Below are positions 50,530 through 63,439 of a stretch of 64,000 nt of DNA, piece after piece. Below the pieces are notes generated by a model that saw only the letters and a program-made list of their open reading frames with translations, searched no databases and had not been told where the DNA came from. How positions within the stretch are numbered: position 1 is the first letter of the stretch; the number at the start of each line of letters is the position of its first letter. The DNA lies in the NCBI GenBank assembly GCA_976551045.1, contig CDPCPM010000045.1:18290001-18354000 (forward strand), in the 5' to 3' direction. Made by a program: the position numbers and the translations under genes. Origin of the DNA: Glaucostegus cemiculus. Taxonomy: Eukaryota.

Positions 50530-50713
50530 GGCAACGGTGATGGAGGCGGATACAATAGGGTCTTTCAAGAGACTGCTAGTTAGGTCCATGGAGCTGAGTA
50601 AAATAGAGGGCTATGGGTAAGCCTAGTAACTTCTACAGTAGGGACATGCTCGGCACAGCTTTTTGGGCCGAAGGGCCTGAATTGTGCTGTAGGTTTTCTA
50701 TGTTTCTATGTTT
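50530..50713 (+). mobile_element. Short CR1 3' end with (TTTCTATG)2 tail
   Basis: gggccgaagggcctg...gtgctgta followed by an octamer tandem tail. Confidence 0.7.
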
Positions 50714-51679
50714 ATATTTTGAAAGTTTTACTCCATTGTACTTGAGCAATTGCACAGACTCTATAAAACCTATCATTTATATGTGCGCTAATACTGATTT
50801 CTTTTTTTTTGTTATATATACAACAGACAAACGTGGTCTGAATTCTTTCAGAGGAAGTTACCTGGTCATGCAGGAATTTTGAATGAAAGCATTCAAACAT
50901 CTTTAGTGGTATGAATGTGCCTTTAAAATGCTGATAAAAGGGTAATGTTACTTATTTAGTTCATTACTTAGAACATAGAACACAGAACAGTACAGCACAG
51001 GAATAGGCACTTCAGCCCACTATGTCTGTGCCGACCATGAGGTCAGTTAATAAATCTTAGTTGATAAATATAGTATAACATACCCAATTAAATAACATTT
51101 TATGAAATGGATTCATCATTCAATCATTGATCCCAACCTTCCCCAAATACCAACTTCTAATTTCTTGCTTGTGATTTCAGTATCATCTCGAGATGTTAGG
51201 CGCCAATGGCTCTCCCACTGGCTACAGCACTTGCTGTCTGAGTTTGTGCCTGACAATCCCTCTGACTTAGCCTAAGGAAAGGAGTACATTCTTGCCTTTG
51301 AAGATGTCAGGGTCAACACCAAAATGGTTGTTGGTTCCCTTCTGCTTTATCATTCAGTGGGTACACTGGAATTGCTAGGAATTATGTTCTCATCGCTTTG
51401 CTTTTTGTGAAAATCTACGCTCTTCTGTGATGATATTTCTTAAAAATATCATCACCAAATAAATTTTAGGTAATCTACTGCTCCAATAAATTTCCTATTC
51501 TATTATTTCTTCACCTTTGCATTATTCAACAAATCATTCACTCTGTACTACATAAATCATGAGAAAATATTTATTGCATGGTTTATGAAGATATTGTTAC
51601 AAAGATGATTTAACATTATTCCAAAGGGAAAAGTACAGCATGAGCCATAGACCTTTGTGATATGGGTAGGAAAATGGGT

Positions 51680-52262
51680 CACCCAGTTCCTGGATTACAG
51701 GGTTAAGGGTTCCTTTTCTGTAAACTGTCTGTAAGCTGTTCTTCATAGTCAGAAATGTCCATTTTCTATATTAACCCATATCATATTGATCTACATACAT
51801 ATGCTATAATTCTTTCATTTCACTGAATAATCACCTTATCACTACCCATAATTTGGGCGGCACGATAGCATAGTGGTTAGAGCGACGCTGTTACAGTGCC
51901 AGCGATGGGGGTTCGATTCCCGTCGCTGACTGTAAGGAGTTTGTACGTTCTCCCGTGTCTGCGTGGGTTTCCTCCGGGTGCTCTGGTTTCCTCCCACATT
52001 CTAAAGACGTACGGGTAGGGGGTTTAAAATGGGCGGCGTGGACTCGTTGGGCTGAAAGGGCCTGTTACCACGCTGTAAATAAAAATTTTAAATTTTTAAA
52101 TTAAACTAATGGAATATGTACTGTTTTCAATCATGAATGAATACCATGAAACAATTTATTAATATTTGTACTAGCTTGAGAAGTGCTTTAAAAGTATATG
52201 GGAGAATTTGCATAAAGTCAGATTTCCGTAAATCAGATTATTCATAACCCTGGGAGCTCCTG
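51680..52262. mobile_element. pogo/Tigger-type MITE remnant hosting the SINE at 51855
   Basis: The right terminus ttcataaccctgggagctcctg is related to the other MITE ends. Confidence 0.4.
51855..52104 (+). mobile_element. Young V-domain SINE (HE1-like) with intact Pol III boxes
   Basis: A box TAGCATAGTGG (51866-51876), B box GGTTCGATTCC (51910-51920), V core, CR1-type tail and AT-rich end. Confidence 0.92.
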
Positions 52263-52897
52263 CATAAAGAAAATGTAGATAAAAGAAAATAACTATTTTG
52301 CAAAAATAGGTGATATTGGATAATGGCATGACCCATGAGACATTCACATAAAATGAGAATAAATATACTATACTTTAGAATTTTCATTGAATATGTTATG
52401 AGCTTAGTTTTAATCTTTTTTTTACTCCTTGTATTTCTTGACAGTGTAACAATATTGTTCCTTTGTAAGGAATTTCATTTTGCCTTGCTTTTCTATTAGA
52501 ACTTGGAAGTTGCTCTGTCTGTTAGCTCCTTCCTTAACCCTCTTAAGGAGAACATGAAGGTATTTGAAAATTATAGTGTCCTGTTAGATGTGATGATGGC
52601 CTTGATAGGTACAGTATGAAATCCTTTATAGAGATTATTGGTGGAGCAGGGACATAGTCCAGAAAACAAATCTTGGTGTTGTATTTTTCAACTTGATAAG
52701 AGATTGGGAATGATGCTGCTTAGATCTTTTCTTGAACTAATTGCCCTTCAGAAGTTAACTAGATACCTAACCATGGAGATGTGTCCTGGGCAGATTCCCA
52801 AAGTAAGAGAAGCCATCTTGTTACCTGTCTTCTTAAAATTGGATGGTTAAGTTGATGCCTTTGATTTAGGGCCTTTCCTGCCTCTGAAGTCAATAAT

Positions 52898-54255
52898 ACC
52901 GATGATCCACCGATGATGCAGTCTCCTCTGCCATGCACTCTGCACTATATCACTTAGAGAAGAAGGATTCATACTGCCGACTGCTATTCATCGACTTCAG
53001 CTCTGCTTTCAATACCATCATCCCGCAACAGCTAATCAGGAAGTTGAGCGCTCTGGGCATTAACTCTCCTCTCTGCAACTGGATACTGGATTTTCTAACT
53101 TGCAGGCCACAGTCAGTCAAAATTGGTGAAAACACCTCAAGCACCATCACACCGAGCACTGGCTCCCCACAGGGTTGTGTGCTCAGTCCGCTCCTGTTCA
53201 CCTTGACTCACGACTGTGAGGCCAGATCCAGCTCCAACCGCATTGTTAAATTTGCCGATGACACGACAGTGGTGGGTCTTGTCACGAATGACGATGAGTC
53301 GGACTACAGAGAGGAGGTGAAACAACTAGCCGTGTGGTGCTATGACAACAACCTCTCCTTGAATGTGGATAAAACCAAGGAGATGATAGTGGATTTTAGG
53401 AGGGGTCACCGTGTGCACGCCCCGCTGACCATCAACGGGTCTGCTGTGGAACAAGTACGCAGCACCAAGTTCCTGGGGGTGCACATCACCGACGACCTGA
53501 CCTGGTCCACTAACATTACGGCCCTCACGAAGAAAGCTCAGAAACGCCTCTACTTCTTGCGGAGACTGAGGAAAGCGTACCCCCATCCCTCCGTCATGAA
53601 AACCTTCTATAGGGGGACCATTGAGAGCATCCTAACCCAATGTGTCACTGTTTGGTTTGGAAGCTGCTCAGCTGCTGGGCGGAAGTCCCTTCAGAGGATA
53701 GTTAGGGCTGCGGAGTGGATCATAGGTGTCTCGCTTCCATCCCTCGCAGACATATACAAAGACCGTTGTGTGAGGAAGACCAAAAGCATAATGGCCGACC
53801 CTTCTCACCCCTCCCACCAGCTCTTTACAATTTTGCCATCAGGGAGGAGGCTTAAATGTATCAGGGCAAGAACGACCAGGCTGAACAATAGCTTCTTTCT
53901 GCAAACCATCAGAACTGCAAACTCTCTCATCCCTCCATCTTCCTTTGTTAACACTAAGAGATGCTAGGTGCACAGAAATGCACCAGCACTTTAAATGCCC
54001 GACATCAGCCCGTTCACTTTAATAACTATTTATTTATTTACCGGCCATTTTTAATTTAATCTGCGTATTAATTTAATTTTAACTTCCATAGTTTTTAATG
54101 TTTAATGTTTTTTAATGTTTATTCTGTTAAGTGTGTCTGTGTGTCTCTGTTGGTTGTTATTTAATGGGACGAGCACCTGAGGAGGACGGTATCTCACTCC
54201 TGTGCATACTATGTATGTATATGGTTGTGACAATAAAACTGATTCTGATTCTGAA
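52898..54255 (+). mobile_element. Young 5'-truncated Rex1/Babar LINE with an uninterrupted 344-aa RT C-terminal ORF (52933-53967)
   Basis: [66 protein letters not shown]; the 3' UTR ends AATAAAA(CTGATT)2CTGA. Confidence 0.95.
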
Positions 54256-54689
54256 AAGGAGGCAGTGCAGAGCAGAATCTAGTAGGAGAGGGTAGATAGA
54301 GGTTTTTGATATAGACCTCATAGCCTTAGCTTGCTTTGGCGCTAAAAGTTAACCAGCTTGTGAAGATAACCAAAAAGAAGCAATCCATTACTGAAAATTG
54401 TCATCTGAGCTGTCCTGCTGCTTCTTAGCCACCTTTCTACATCTATTAAAGATCAAATGTTCATATGATGCAATTATATTCTGATAATTATGGTAGCTTT
54501 CACTTCTGTGTGATCCAATAAACTATTGTATTCTGCTGGCCTGACTGAGTAATCTGTATTGAGATGGAGCCATTAATAAATGTTTTCTAAGATTTTATAT
54601 AGTGTGAATAGCTCTGAGACTGAAAGGGCTGTAAAAATCTGGTCCTGAAAATCAGTGAAACTTAAAACATTCTCCTCATTGTAATACAG

Positions 54690-56105
54690 GTAGCAGGTGG
54701 CAGAGGTTTCAAGAATTGGCAGAAAGTTTGAGTACCATTGGTCTGGTCTCTGCTGCCAGTAAACCGTGAATTATAGGTTGTTGGTCTGACATCAGTAGTG
54801 GGGAAAATGCTAGAGTCCATCATTAATAGTAGTGCATTTGGAAAACAGTGAACAAATCAGTTAATATCATCATGTATTTACTAAAGGGAAATCATGTGTG
54901 ACAAATTTATTACAATCCTTTGATGGTGTAATGAGTAGAGTAGATGGGGGAGAATGAGTGGATCTGATGTATTTGAATTTTCAGAGAACTTTCAACAATG
55001 CACATTAATCTTTTATGTGGACAAAATGAAAGCTTGTGGAAATGAGGATTATGTATTTATATGGATAGAAAATGGTTTGACAGACAGGAACCAAAGAGAA
55101 AGAATGAACAGGCTCTTTTCTGAGAAGCAAGCAGTAACTCATGGGGTGCTACAGGGTCCAATGCTTGAACCCCAGCTATTCAAAATATATATTTACTGAT
55201 TTAGTTGAGGGAATTAAATATATTTCCAAGTTTGCAGATGACACAAAGCTGGGTGGAAGTATGAGCTGTGAGGTGGATGTGGAGAGGCTCCAGGGTGATT
55301 TGGACTGATGGAGTGTGTGGACAAATGTATGGCAGATGTAATGTATGTTGAAGAAAACGAGGTTATCCATTTTGGCGCAAAAACAGACAAGCAGATCATT
55401 ATCTGAGTGGCGATAGATTAGAAAAGGGGAAGATCCAATGATTCCTGGGTAATCTTGTACATCAATCGATGAAAATAAGTATTGCAGGAGTACTGGGCAG
55501 TTAAGAAGGCAAATGGTATGTTGGCATTCACAGCGAGTGGATTTCAATATAGAAGCAGGGATGTCTTGCTGGGACCATACCTTAAGTAATGTATGCAGTT
55601 TTGGTCTCCTTGTCTGAAGAAGGATCCTCTTGCTCTGAAAGGAATGCAGTAAAGATTCACCAGACTGATTCCTGGTATGACAGGACTGATATTTGAAAAG
55701 AGATTGGGATGATTGGGTTTATGTTCACTAGCATTAAGAAGAATGAGGATGACATTAAATCTTGATGGGACTAGATAGGCCACAGAAAAGATGTTTCTGA
55801 TGGTGGATAAGTATTGGGCTGAGGTCACAAGCTCAGGATAGAATAATTAATTTGGACTGAAATGAGGAGAAACTTTTTCACCCAAAGAGAGGCAAATATG
55901 TGGAATTCCTAACCACAGATGGCAGCTGAGGCCACAACGTTAAATATATTCAAGAAGAAGTTAGATATGTTTCCATAGATTAAAGAGATTGAGGGGTGTA
56001 TGGAGAAAGCAGGAACAAGGTACTGAATAGGATGATCAGCCACGATCATATTGAATGGTAGACCAGGCTTGAGGGGAACTACTCCTATTTTCTGTGTTTC
56101 TATGT
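54690..56105 (+). mobile_element. CR1 RT to 3' end, decayed
   Basis: KGKSC.TNL, GV.QG..L.PQLF.IYI and SKFADDTKLGG motifs; tail tttctatgtt. Confidence 0.85.
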
Positions 56106-56329
56106 TCAGGATTTTATGCAGGTAAACTTCCATGTGATGTGATTAAGACAAGGAGCTGAAGAGGATTGGGGTTGGTGGAAGGAGGCAAAAAGGAGTTTTA
56201 GATCAGGAATTTTCCTGGCTATGCATCAGAAATCCTAGATGCTGGATGAAAGAAAGCTGGCTGAAGTGGGTCCTAAGTTCCAAGTTAGTGACTGGGCCAG
56301 GACGTCTAAAATTTTGCTCAATGTTTTTA

Positions 56330-56537
56330 TTTCTTCTGGACCTTTATGTGCATCAATGTGCACTCTTTTTGCATTCTCTGTAGCTGTGAAACTTTACTCT
56401 ATACTACCCTGTGCTACATGAATGCACTCTGTACTAACTCAATGTAACTGCACTGTGTAATGTATTGGCCTGTATGATCGGTATACAAGGCAAGTTTTTC
56501 ACTGTACCTCAATACAAGTGACAATAATAAACCAACT
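56330..56537 (+). mobile_element. Rex1-like 3' UTR fragment
   Basis: Reverse complement of the tails at 15643 and 58103. Confidence 0.7.
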
Positions 56538-56774
56538 TAGAATGTCATAATGCACACAAAAACAGTTAATTTTTTACCTTCTATTCTATGTTGTACATGA
56601 ACTAAATACATGGATATATGGTTGTGCAGCAGGCAATGCACATTGAGGTAAATGAAAAGTAAAAACTTCCAGACACTGGAAATCAAATAAAAACATAAAA
56701 TGCTGGAAACACACTCAGCAGTCAGGCAGCATCTGTGTAAAGGGAAACAGATAACATTTCAGTGGAAAGAGGAA

Positions 56775-58445
56775 CTGAGTTAATGATTCAGAAGTTTGTT
56801 TTAGAACTAAGTCTGTTTCCAGTACGGATACAATACTGGCAGCCATCTGACAACGTGAAAAATAGCCCAGGTATGTCCTGTCCTTTCCATTCTTTATGAG
56901 GCATAAATGACCGAAGCCCAACTGTTTTCAGCTGCTTCATCAATGACTTTCCTTTCATCCTAGGATCAGAAGAAGGCACATTTGCTGATAATTGCACAAT
57001 ATTTAATTCTATTCACAATTCCTCGGCAAATAAACCAGTTCATGATTGTATATACAGCACCAAGACAACATTTAAGCACAGGATTCATAAGTGGCAAATA
57101 AGCTTTGTGCCACAGAAGGCATAAACATGCCAAACAAGCAATGGCCATCTCTGACAAGAATCTAACAACCTACTCTAGGCATTCCCAAGAGGTATACAGC
57201 AAAGAGACAGATCACTTAGCCCACTGCATCCATGCTGACCATTGGGCACCCATCCTTATTAATCCCATCTTCCAGCACTTGGCCTGTAGCCCTCCATGCT
57301 GAGGTGATTCAAATGCTCATCTAGGCACTTCTTGAATGCTGGCAGTGACTCTACTTCCACCATTCTCTCAGGCGGTGTATTGCATATACTCGTCACTGTC
57401 TGGGTGAAAAAGGGCCCCCTCAGATTCCCTCTAAATCTTTTACTCTTTACTCTAAATTTCTTTCCTGTAGTCTACCCTACCTATACCCCTCATAATTTCA
57501 TATACCTCAGTCATGTCCCCTCTTAACCTCTTCTACTCCAGGGAAAAACAGATCTAGCCTCTCCAGTCTCTCCTCATTCAATGGCATTACTGAGTCCCCC
57601 ACTATCAATATCCTGGGTTCTCCATTGACTAGCGACTTAACTGGTCATCTAAATACCTTGACTATTGAGCAGATCAGAGCCTAGATATTCTGCGGTGAGT
57701 GGCTCACCTCCCAGAGCCTTTACATCATCTACAAGGCACAAATCAGGAGCATGATGGAATATTCTCCACTTTCTTGGATGAGTGCAGCTCCAACAGCTCT
57801 AAAGAATCTCAGCATTATCTGAGGCAAAGCAATCTGCTTGATGGACACCCATCCACCATACCGAACATTCATTCCTTTCACCACAGTTACTGTGTGTACA
57901 AAAGACACACATGTTATGTAGGCTACTCCAACAGCACCTTCCAAACCCTTGATTTCTACCACTGAGAAGGACAGGGACAGCACGTGCATGGGAACACTAT
58001 CACCTGCAGGTTTCCCTTTAAGTTGCACACTCCTATCCTGATATGGAAATATGTAGCTAGTCCTTCACGGTCATTGGGTCTAAATCCTGAAATTCCCTTG
58101 GGATTATTGGTATTGGTTTATTATTGTCACTTGTACTGAGGTACAGTGAAAAACTTGTCTTGCATGCCGATCATACAGGTCAATTCATTACACAGTGCAG
58201 TTACATTGAGTTTGTACAGAGTGCATTGAGACAGTACAGGTAAAAACAATAACAGTACAGAGTAAAGTCACAGCTACGGAGGAAGTGCAGTGCAGGTAGA
58301 CAAAAGGTGCAAGGTCACAACAAGGTAGATTAGTGCTGTGGGTGACTTGAGAAAGACTTCAGTGGTTCAAGAAGGCACCTCACTGATACCTTCTAAAGGG
58401 CAAATAGGGATGACTGATAAAAGTTAGCCATGCCAGCAATTCTAG
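56775..58445 (+). mobile_element. LINE RT/3' portion with nested CR1 tail (-, ~57185-57580) and Rex1-like tail (-, 58103-58332)
   Basis: FSCFINDFP..FADN and YKAQIRSMMEYSPL motifs; the host sequence resumes after each insert. Confidence 0.7.
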
Positions 58446-61106
58446 AACCTGAAAAGTAAATAAAACAACAAACTGAATCGGGGTTGAATCCTTGACAGTA
58501 GAGTGAGAGATGAGCAGGGTCAGGCGGTTGCAGATTGTGGTGGAATATATTTCTGTTGCCTCTGCTGGTATCCTATAGTTCATAGATGTCTGGTTTTGCG
58601 CTGCTAGATGTGTTCTGAGTCAATCCTGTTTAGCATGAAAGTAGTGCTGCACAACAGTGTGTTATCAGATAGTTACCAGATATATCCTTTCTCCTTTAGA
58701 AAGATGACCATCAGCTCTTTCTTTTACTACCTGTTTCCTGACACTATGAAGAGCAAGTGCCTCAGTGGTTAAGTTTAAATCAGAGCCATTTAAATCACTG
58801 TAGGAGTCTGATTTAATTATGCTAATTAAATAACCCATTTATTGTCAAAATGGAATGGGATATGTGTGGCGTTTCCTCATCTTAAAATTTTAAGAATGCC
58901 ACCCCTCCTGTTGCTCACATGGGGCTAGTTAATATCAAAGAAAAATGTTATTATGTTTATCTTACAGGGTTGTGTTCCCCTGCAAGAAGTTTTGTTAGCT
59001 GCTTTGTATCAGAAATTGTTTTGCAAGATGTTCTGAAACCAGTGGTCACTCATAAGGGTGGGGAAATGGCAAAAACAAACATTGGGGAGGAATTCTTAGG
59101 GGAAGCAGAGGTAGAAGGAACTTTGATTCTCTCAATAATTGAAAGCAATTCACTGAACTTCTACTAATAATGACAGTAAAGTTGTACATAGACTAATTCT
59201 TCACAACCACAGCTAATAAAACAATTCATCAATAGGTAAGTGGCAGTAAAAAATTTAGCATGCATTACTCTACATGTAACTGTTAATAGTTCAATAACCC
59301 ATTAATATTTATTGCCTAGCTATAGCCAGATTCCCTATATGTTGTCAGGTGCCCCGTCTGCTTCCAGTCCTTTGTGAAAAAGAATTTTAGTAAGTAGAGC
59401 AAGGCCACAAAAAGTTGCTGGACTATGGGTCCTTGTACATGAAATGCAGAGGGTGATTAAACAGGCACAGCAAATAATAAAGAAGGCTAATTGAATGTTG
59501 GTCTTTATTGCAAAGACCATAGTATTAAATTAGGGAAGTTTTTATGAAACTGTTTTGGTTAGAAATTTTAACACTGAATTTTCTAACCATACCTTGGGTT
59601 ATACAAAGGGCAGAATTATAAACATCATAGTTCAGTATAAAAATAAGCCATTTTCCAGATGGCTAAATTTAAGATTATCTTGCTAGATTCTGTGTAAATG
59701 ATGAAATAACTATCATTTATGAATTTCTTTTAAGATCCTTTATAATACAGAGAAATTTAGATAGACCTTTACTTGCAAAATGGAAAGCATTGTACTTAAA
59801 TCTGCACTTAATTAGACCATAAAATGTGATTGTTCTTATGCCAGAAGACTTATTTTAGGCTAAGGTATCGTATTTCAAAAGGTTCAAATAATCTTATATA
59901 CATTTGCTTTATTTCGATATAGATTGAAAGTTTGAATATTTTAAAAGCACATACTGTTAGATGGCACAAATAAGATTATTAAAGAGAACACGTATTTATT
60001 ACTACCACAATCAAGAATATTAGTCTGCCAAACTTATGTTTCTGAACACATGAATTAAATTTTGCAGTTCCTTTTAAACTCCTTATACATGTGTGTGCTT
60101 TTAAATAAATCAGTAGAAAAATCATTTTTTCAATTTTTCTTATGATTTAAAGCTATTAATACTAAAACCCAAAATTGACTGTACCCTCATCCTTATCTCT
60201 TGTGGTGAAAAAGCAGAAAGCAGATCTCATCCACATGTAAGTGCTGCTAAATATTGTTTCAATTAAGTACTAAGGCGGGGACACATCTGTGTTTGAGTTT
60301 GGCTGCAGGAAGACAGAAGAGTTGCCTTTGAGTTGGAATGCTTCAGTTCATCATTTTAATATAATTGATAACATTATGACTTGTGAGCCACCTGCTTTGA
60401 ATCCTTGAGGCTATAAATGAGTACTGGTAAAAATCCAATTCTGCCTGCTTGCCATAAAGCAACTCTTTATTTTTAGTTTGTTTATTCCAAATTCCCACTG
60501 ATACTGATATTAAATTAATTTGATTATGCTTTAATCAATCCATAATAACACATTATTATTTAAGATCAGAAAAATCATGGAAAACTCTGAGGTTGGTCAG
60601 TCACATTAGAATGAATCAAAGAGCTTTGAATGTGTGAAACAATTTATTAATTGGTTACTTTTCCTAATAATTTACTTTTAGGAAAGGCATAGTAATTGAT
60701 TGACATTTTGGTGCCAGTGTATCAAGTAAATGTGGTGGTCCATTCCACTCTCAGCCCTCACACATCCATGCTCCATTCAAAGGCATTTGCTGGGGTAAGA
60801 AATTCAGTGCCAGTTTAGATGTAAGGTGTCCTAGCACAGAGGCTTACAGACACTTGAGATTCAATACCAAGTGCACTGAGGCTTACCCATTCCCACATAA
60901 AGAGCCTGCATCCAGTTTAATTGCTTTCAAGAAACAAGCTTAAATTATTTTGAAAGTTTTGTTCTTCTTGAAATATTGGTCCAAATATGTCAAGGTTTGT
61001 CTTTTCCAAATTAAATAATTTTTGAATTTTTATTTGCTTGATCAACAACTTTAACATAACAAGTTATTTTGTTGTTTTCTTGTTTTCTTTTACAATGTAA
61101 TATCAG

Positions 61107-61253
61107 GGTGGCAACCAAACAGCTACTGTTATTGCCTTGTGCTCAATGAGGGACTTTAACTTGTCCAGTGAAACATGCCAGTTAGCCATTCGAGATGTGG
61201 GTGGTCTCGAAGTTCTGATTAACTTGTTAGATACAGAAGACATCAAATGCAAG
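61107..61253 (+). CDS. ODAD2: ODAD2 coding exon 10 (first armadillo repeat)
   Basis: Boundaries tatcag|GGT and AAG|gtaatt; encodes [49 protein letters not shown]; 147 nt. Confidence 0.97.
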
Positions 61254-61314
61254 GTAATTCAAATTGCCACTTATGTTGTTGCGATATGATTTTTAGACAT
61301 AAAAATGATTTTTC

Positions 61315-62420
61315 TCTGTTTATTATTGCTACATAATACAGTGAAAAACTTTGTTTTGTATGCCATCCATTTTATCACATCAGTACGTTGAGGTAGTACA
61401 AGGGAAAACCAATAAAAGAATGCAGAATAAAGTTACAGAGAAAGTGCAATGCAGGCAGACGCTAGGGTGCAAGGCCATGACGATGTAGATTGTGAGGTCA
61501 AGTGTCCATCTTATTGTACAAAGGAACTGTTCAATAGCCTGATAACAGCAGGATAGAAGCTGTCCTTGATCCTGGTCATATGTGCTTTTAGTTTTTCTAT
61601 CTTCTGCCTAATGAGAGAGTGGAGAAGAGAGAATGACCAGGGTGGGTGGGGTATTGGATTATTTTGGCTGGTTTACTGAGGCAGTGAGAAGTGTAGACAA
61701 AGTCTATGGAGGGTAGGCTGGTTTCTGTGATGTGCTAAGCTGTGTCCACAACTATCTGCAGTTTCTTGCAGTCTTAGGCAGAGCAGTTGCCATACCAAGC
61801 TTTGATGAATCTGGATAAGATGCTTTCTATGATGTATCCATAAAAATTGTTGAGGCTGAATGGGGACATGCCAAATTTCTTTAGCCTCCTGAGGAAGTAG
61901 AGGTGCTGGAGCACTTTCTTGGCCATGGCGTCTATGTGGTTGGATCAGGACAGGCTATAGGTGATGTTCACTCCTAGAAACTTGAAAGTCTCAATTCTCT
62001 CAACCTCAGCAACATTGATGTAAACAGAAGTGCCCCTTCCTTAAGTCAATGACCAACTCTTTTGTTTTGCTGACATTGAGGGAAAAGTTGTTGTCATGAT
62101 ACCATGCCACTAGGCTCTCTATCTCCTTCCTGTACTCCGATTCAACATTATTTGAGATTCAGCTCACTACAGTGGTGTCATCTGCAAACTTATAGATGGA
62201 GTTATAGCATAATTTGGCCACGTATTTGTGAGTGTATAGGGAATACAGGTCTAAGGACGCAGCATTGTAAGGCACCAGTGTTGAGGATAATCATGCCGGA
62301 GGTGTTGCTATCAATTCTTACTGATTACAGTTTGTTGGTCAGGGAGTCAAGGATCCAGTTACAAAGGGAGGTGTTGAGTCCCAGGTCCAGGAGTTTGGAG
62401 AGGAGTTTGCTTAGAATTAT
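61315..62420 (-). mobile_element. Rex1/Babar-like LINE, 5'-truncated (same family as 26925-28040)
   Basis: Colinear with 26925-28040; KFADDTT.V on the minus strand. It starts ~60 nt after the exon 10 donor. Confidence 0.88.
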
Positions 62421-62599
62421 ATGTGTGCTAATTTCATAGCACTAGAGAGGGAAAATAGGCTATGCCTCTAGCATCTGATAAGAATTCATTTATACATTAT
62501 GCATATTTTAAACAGCATTCCAAAAAAGTGATCTTGAAACAAGTAGAAACCTGATTATAATATTTAAATAATGTAGAGAACCGCTGTGATGTCACCTAT

Positions 62600-63210
62600 G
62601 TCATTTTGTCACACAAATTTCTACTACTGAGGCATTTTGCTGGGTGTTATCCTGACTGGAGTTCTGTGACCAGTGGTGTTCTGCAGGGATGGGACCTCTG
62701 ATTTGGGCAAAATTGTAGCTGGGCTGATTAGTAAGTTTGCAGATGACACACTGATTGGTGGAGCTGTGGATAGTGAGGAAGGTTGTCAAAGGATACAGTA
62801 GGACATAGAGATCTGGACTGAGAAATGGTAGATGGAGTTAATCCAGCCAAATGTAAGGTGTTGCACTTTGAGTGGTCAAATGTAAGAGGAAGGTATATCG
62901 TAGATGGCAGCATTGGAACAGAGGAATCTTGGGGTGCTAGTCCATGGCTCCCTAAAAGTAGCAATATATGTAGATAGGGTGGTAAAGAAGGCATAAGGCA
63001 TACTTGCCTTTATTGTTTGAGGCGTTGAGTATTAAAGTTGACAAGTCTTGTTGCAGCTGTATAAAACCTTGGTGAGGCCACATTTGGAGTAATTGTGTGC
63101 AGTTCTGGTTGCCACATTACAGGAAAGATGTGGAGGGTTTGGAGAGGTCAGTAGGGAAATGGTGGGCCAAAGGGCCCTTCTCTATGCTGTAAAACTCCAA
63201 TTCTATGAGA
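62600..63210 (+). mobile_element. CR1 RT/3' fragment
   Basis: SKFADDT.IGG.VDSEEG, DRVVKKA and LVRPHLE motifs. Confidence 0.85.
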
Positions 63211-63439
63211 AAGAGGGTGTATGATGAGGCTTAAGAAAGACAGATTTTGGATTTGTCTGCTAAAGTTGGGTGGCAACAGTATCTGACTGGATCCTTGAAT
63301 AGAAATAAGCCCTTAGGGATAGCACATGGTAAAGTCATGGTGAAGAAGAGACCAAAAACACTTTCATTAGAAAGTACACCATTGACTTGCATGTTGGAGG
63401 ATGGGATAGATAAAGCTGCCTTGGCAGCTAAAATTTGAG

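Noticed and set aside
51855-51930. tRNA gene
   Set aside because: The A and B boxes run straight into the V-SINE core and tail, and the same head recurs in other copies.
52933-53967. RT ORF as a domesticated host gene or a prokaryote-style RT system (retron, DGR, group II intron)
   Set aside because: It lacks the N-terminal RT motifs and endonuclease, has a LINE 3' UTR and tandem tail, and sits in a vertebrate intron; it is a 5'-truncated LINE.
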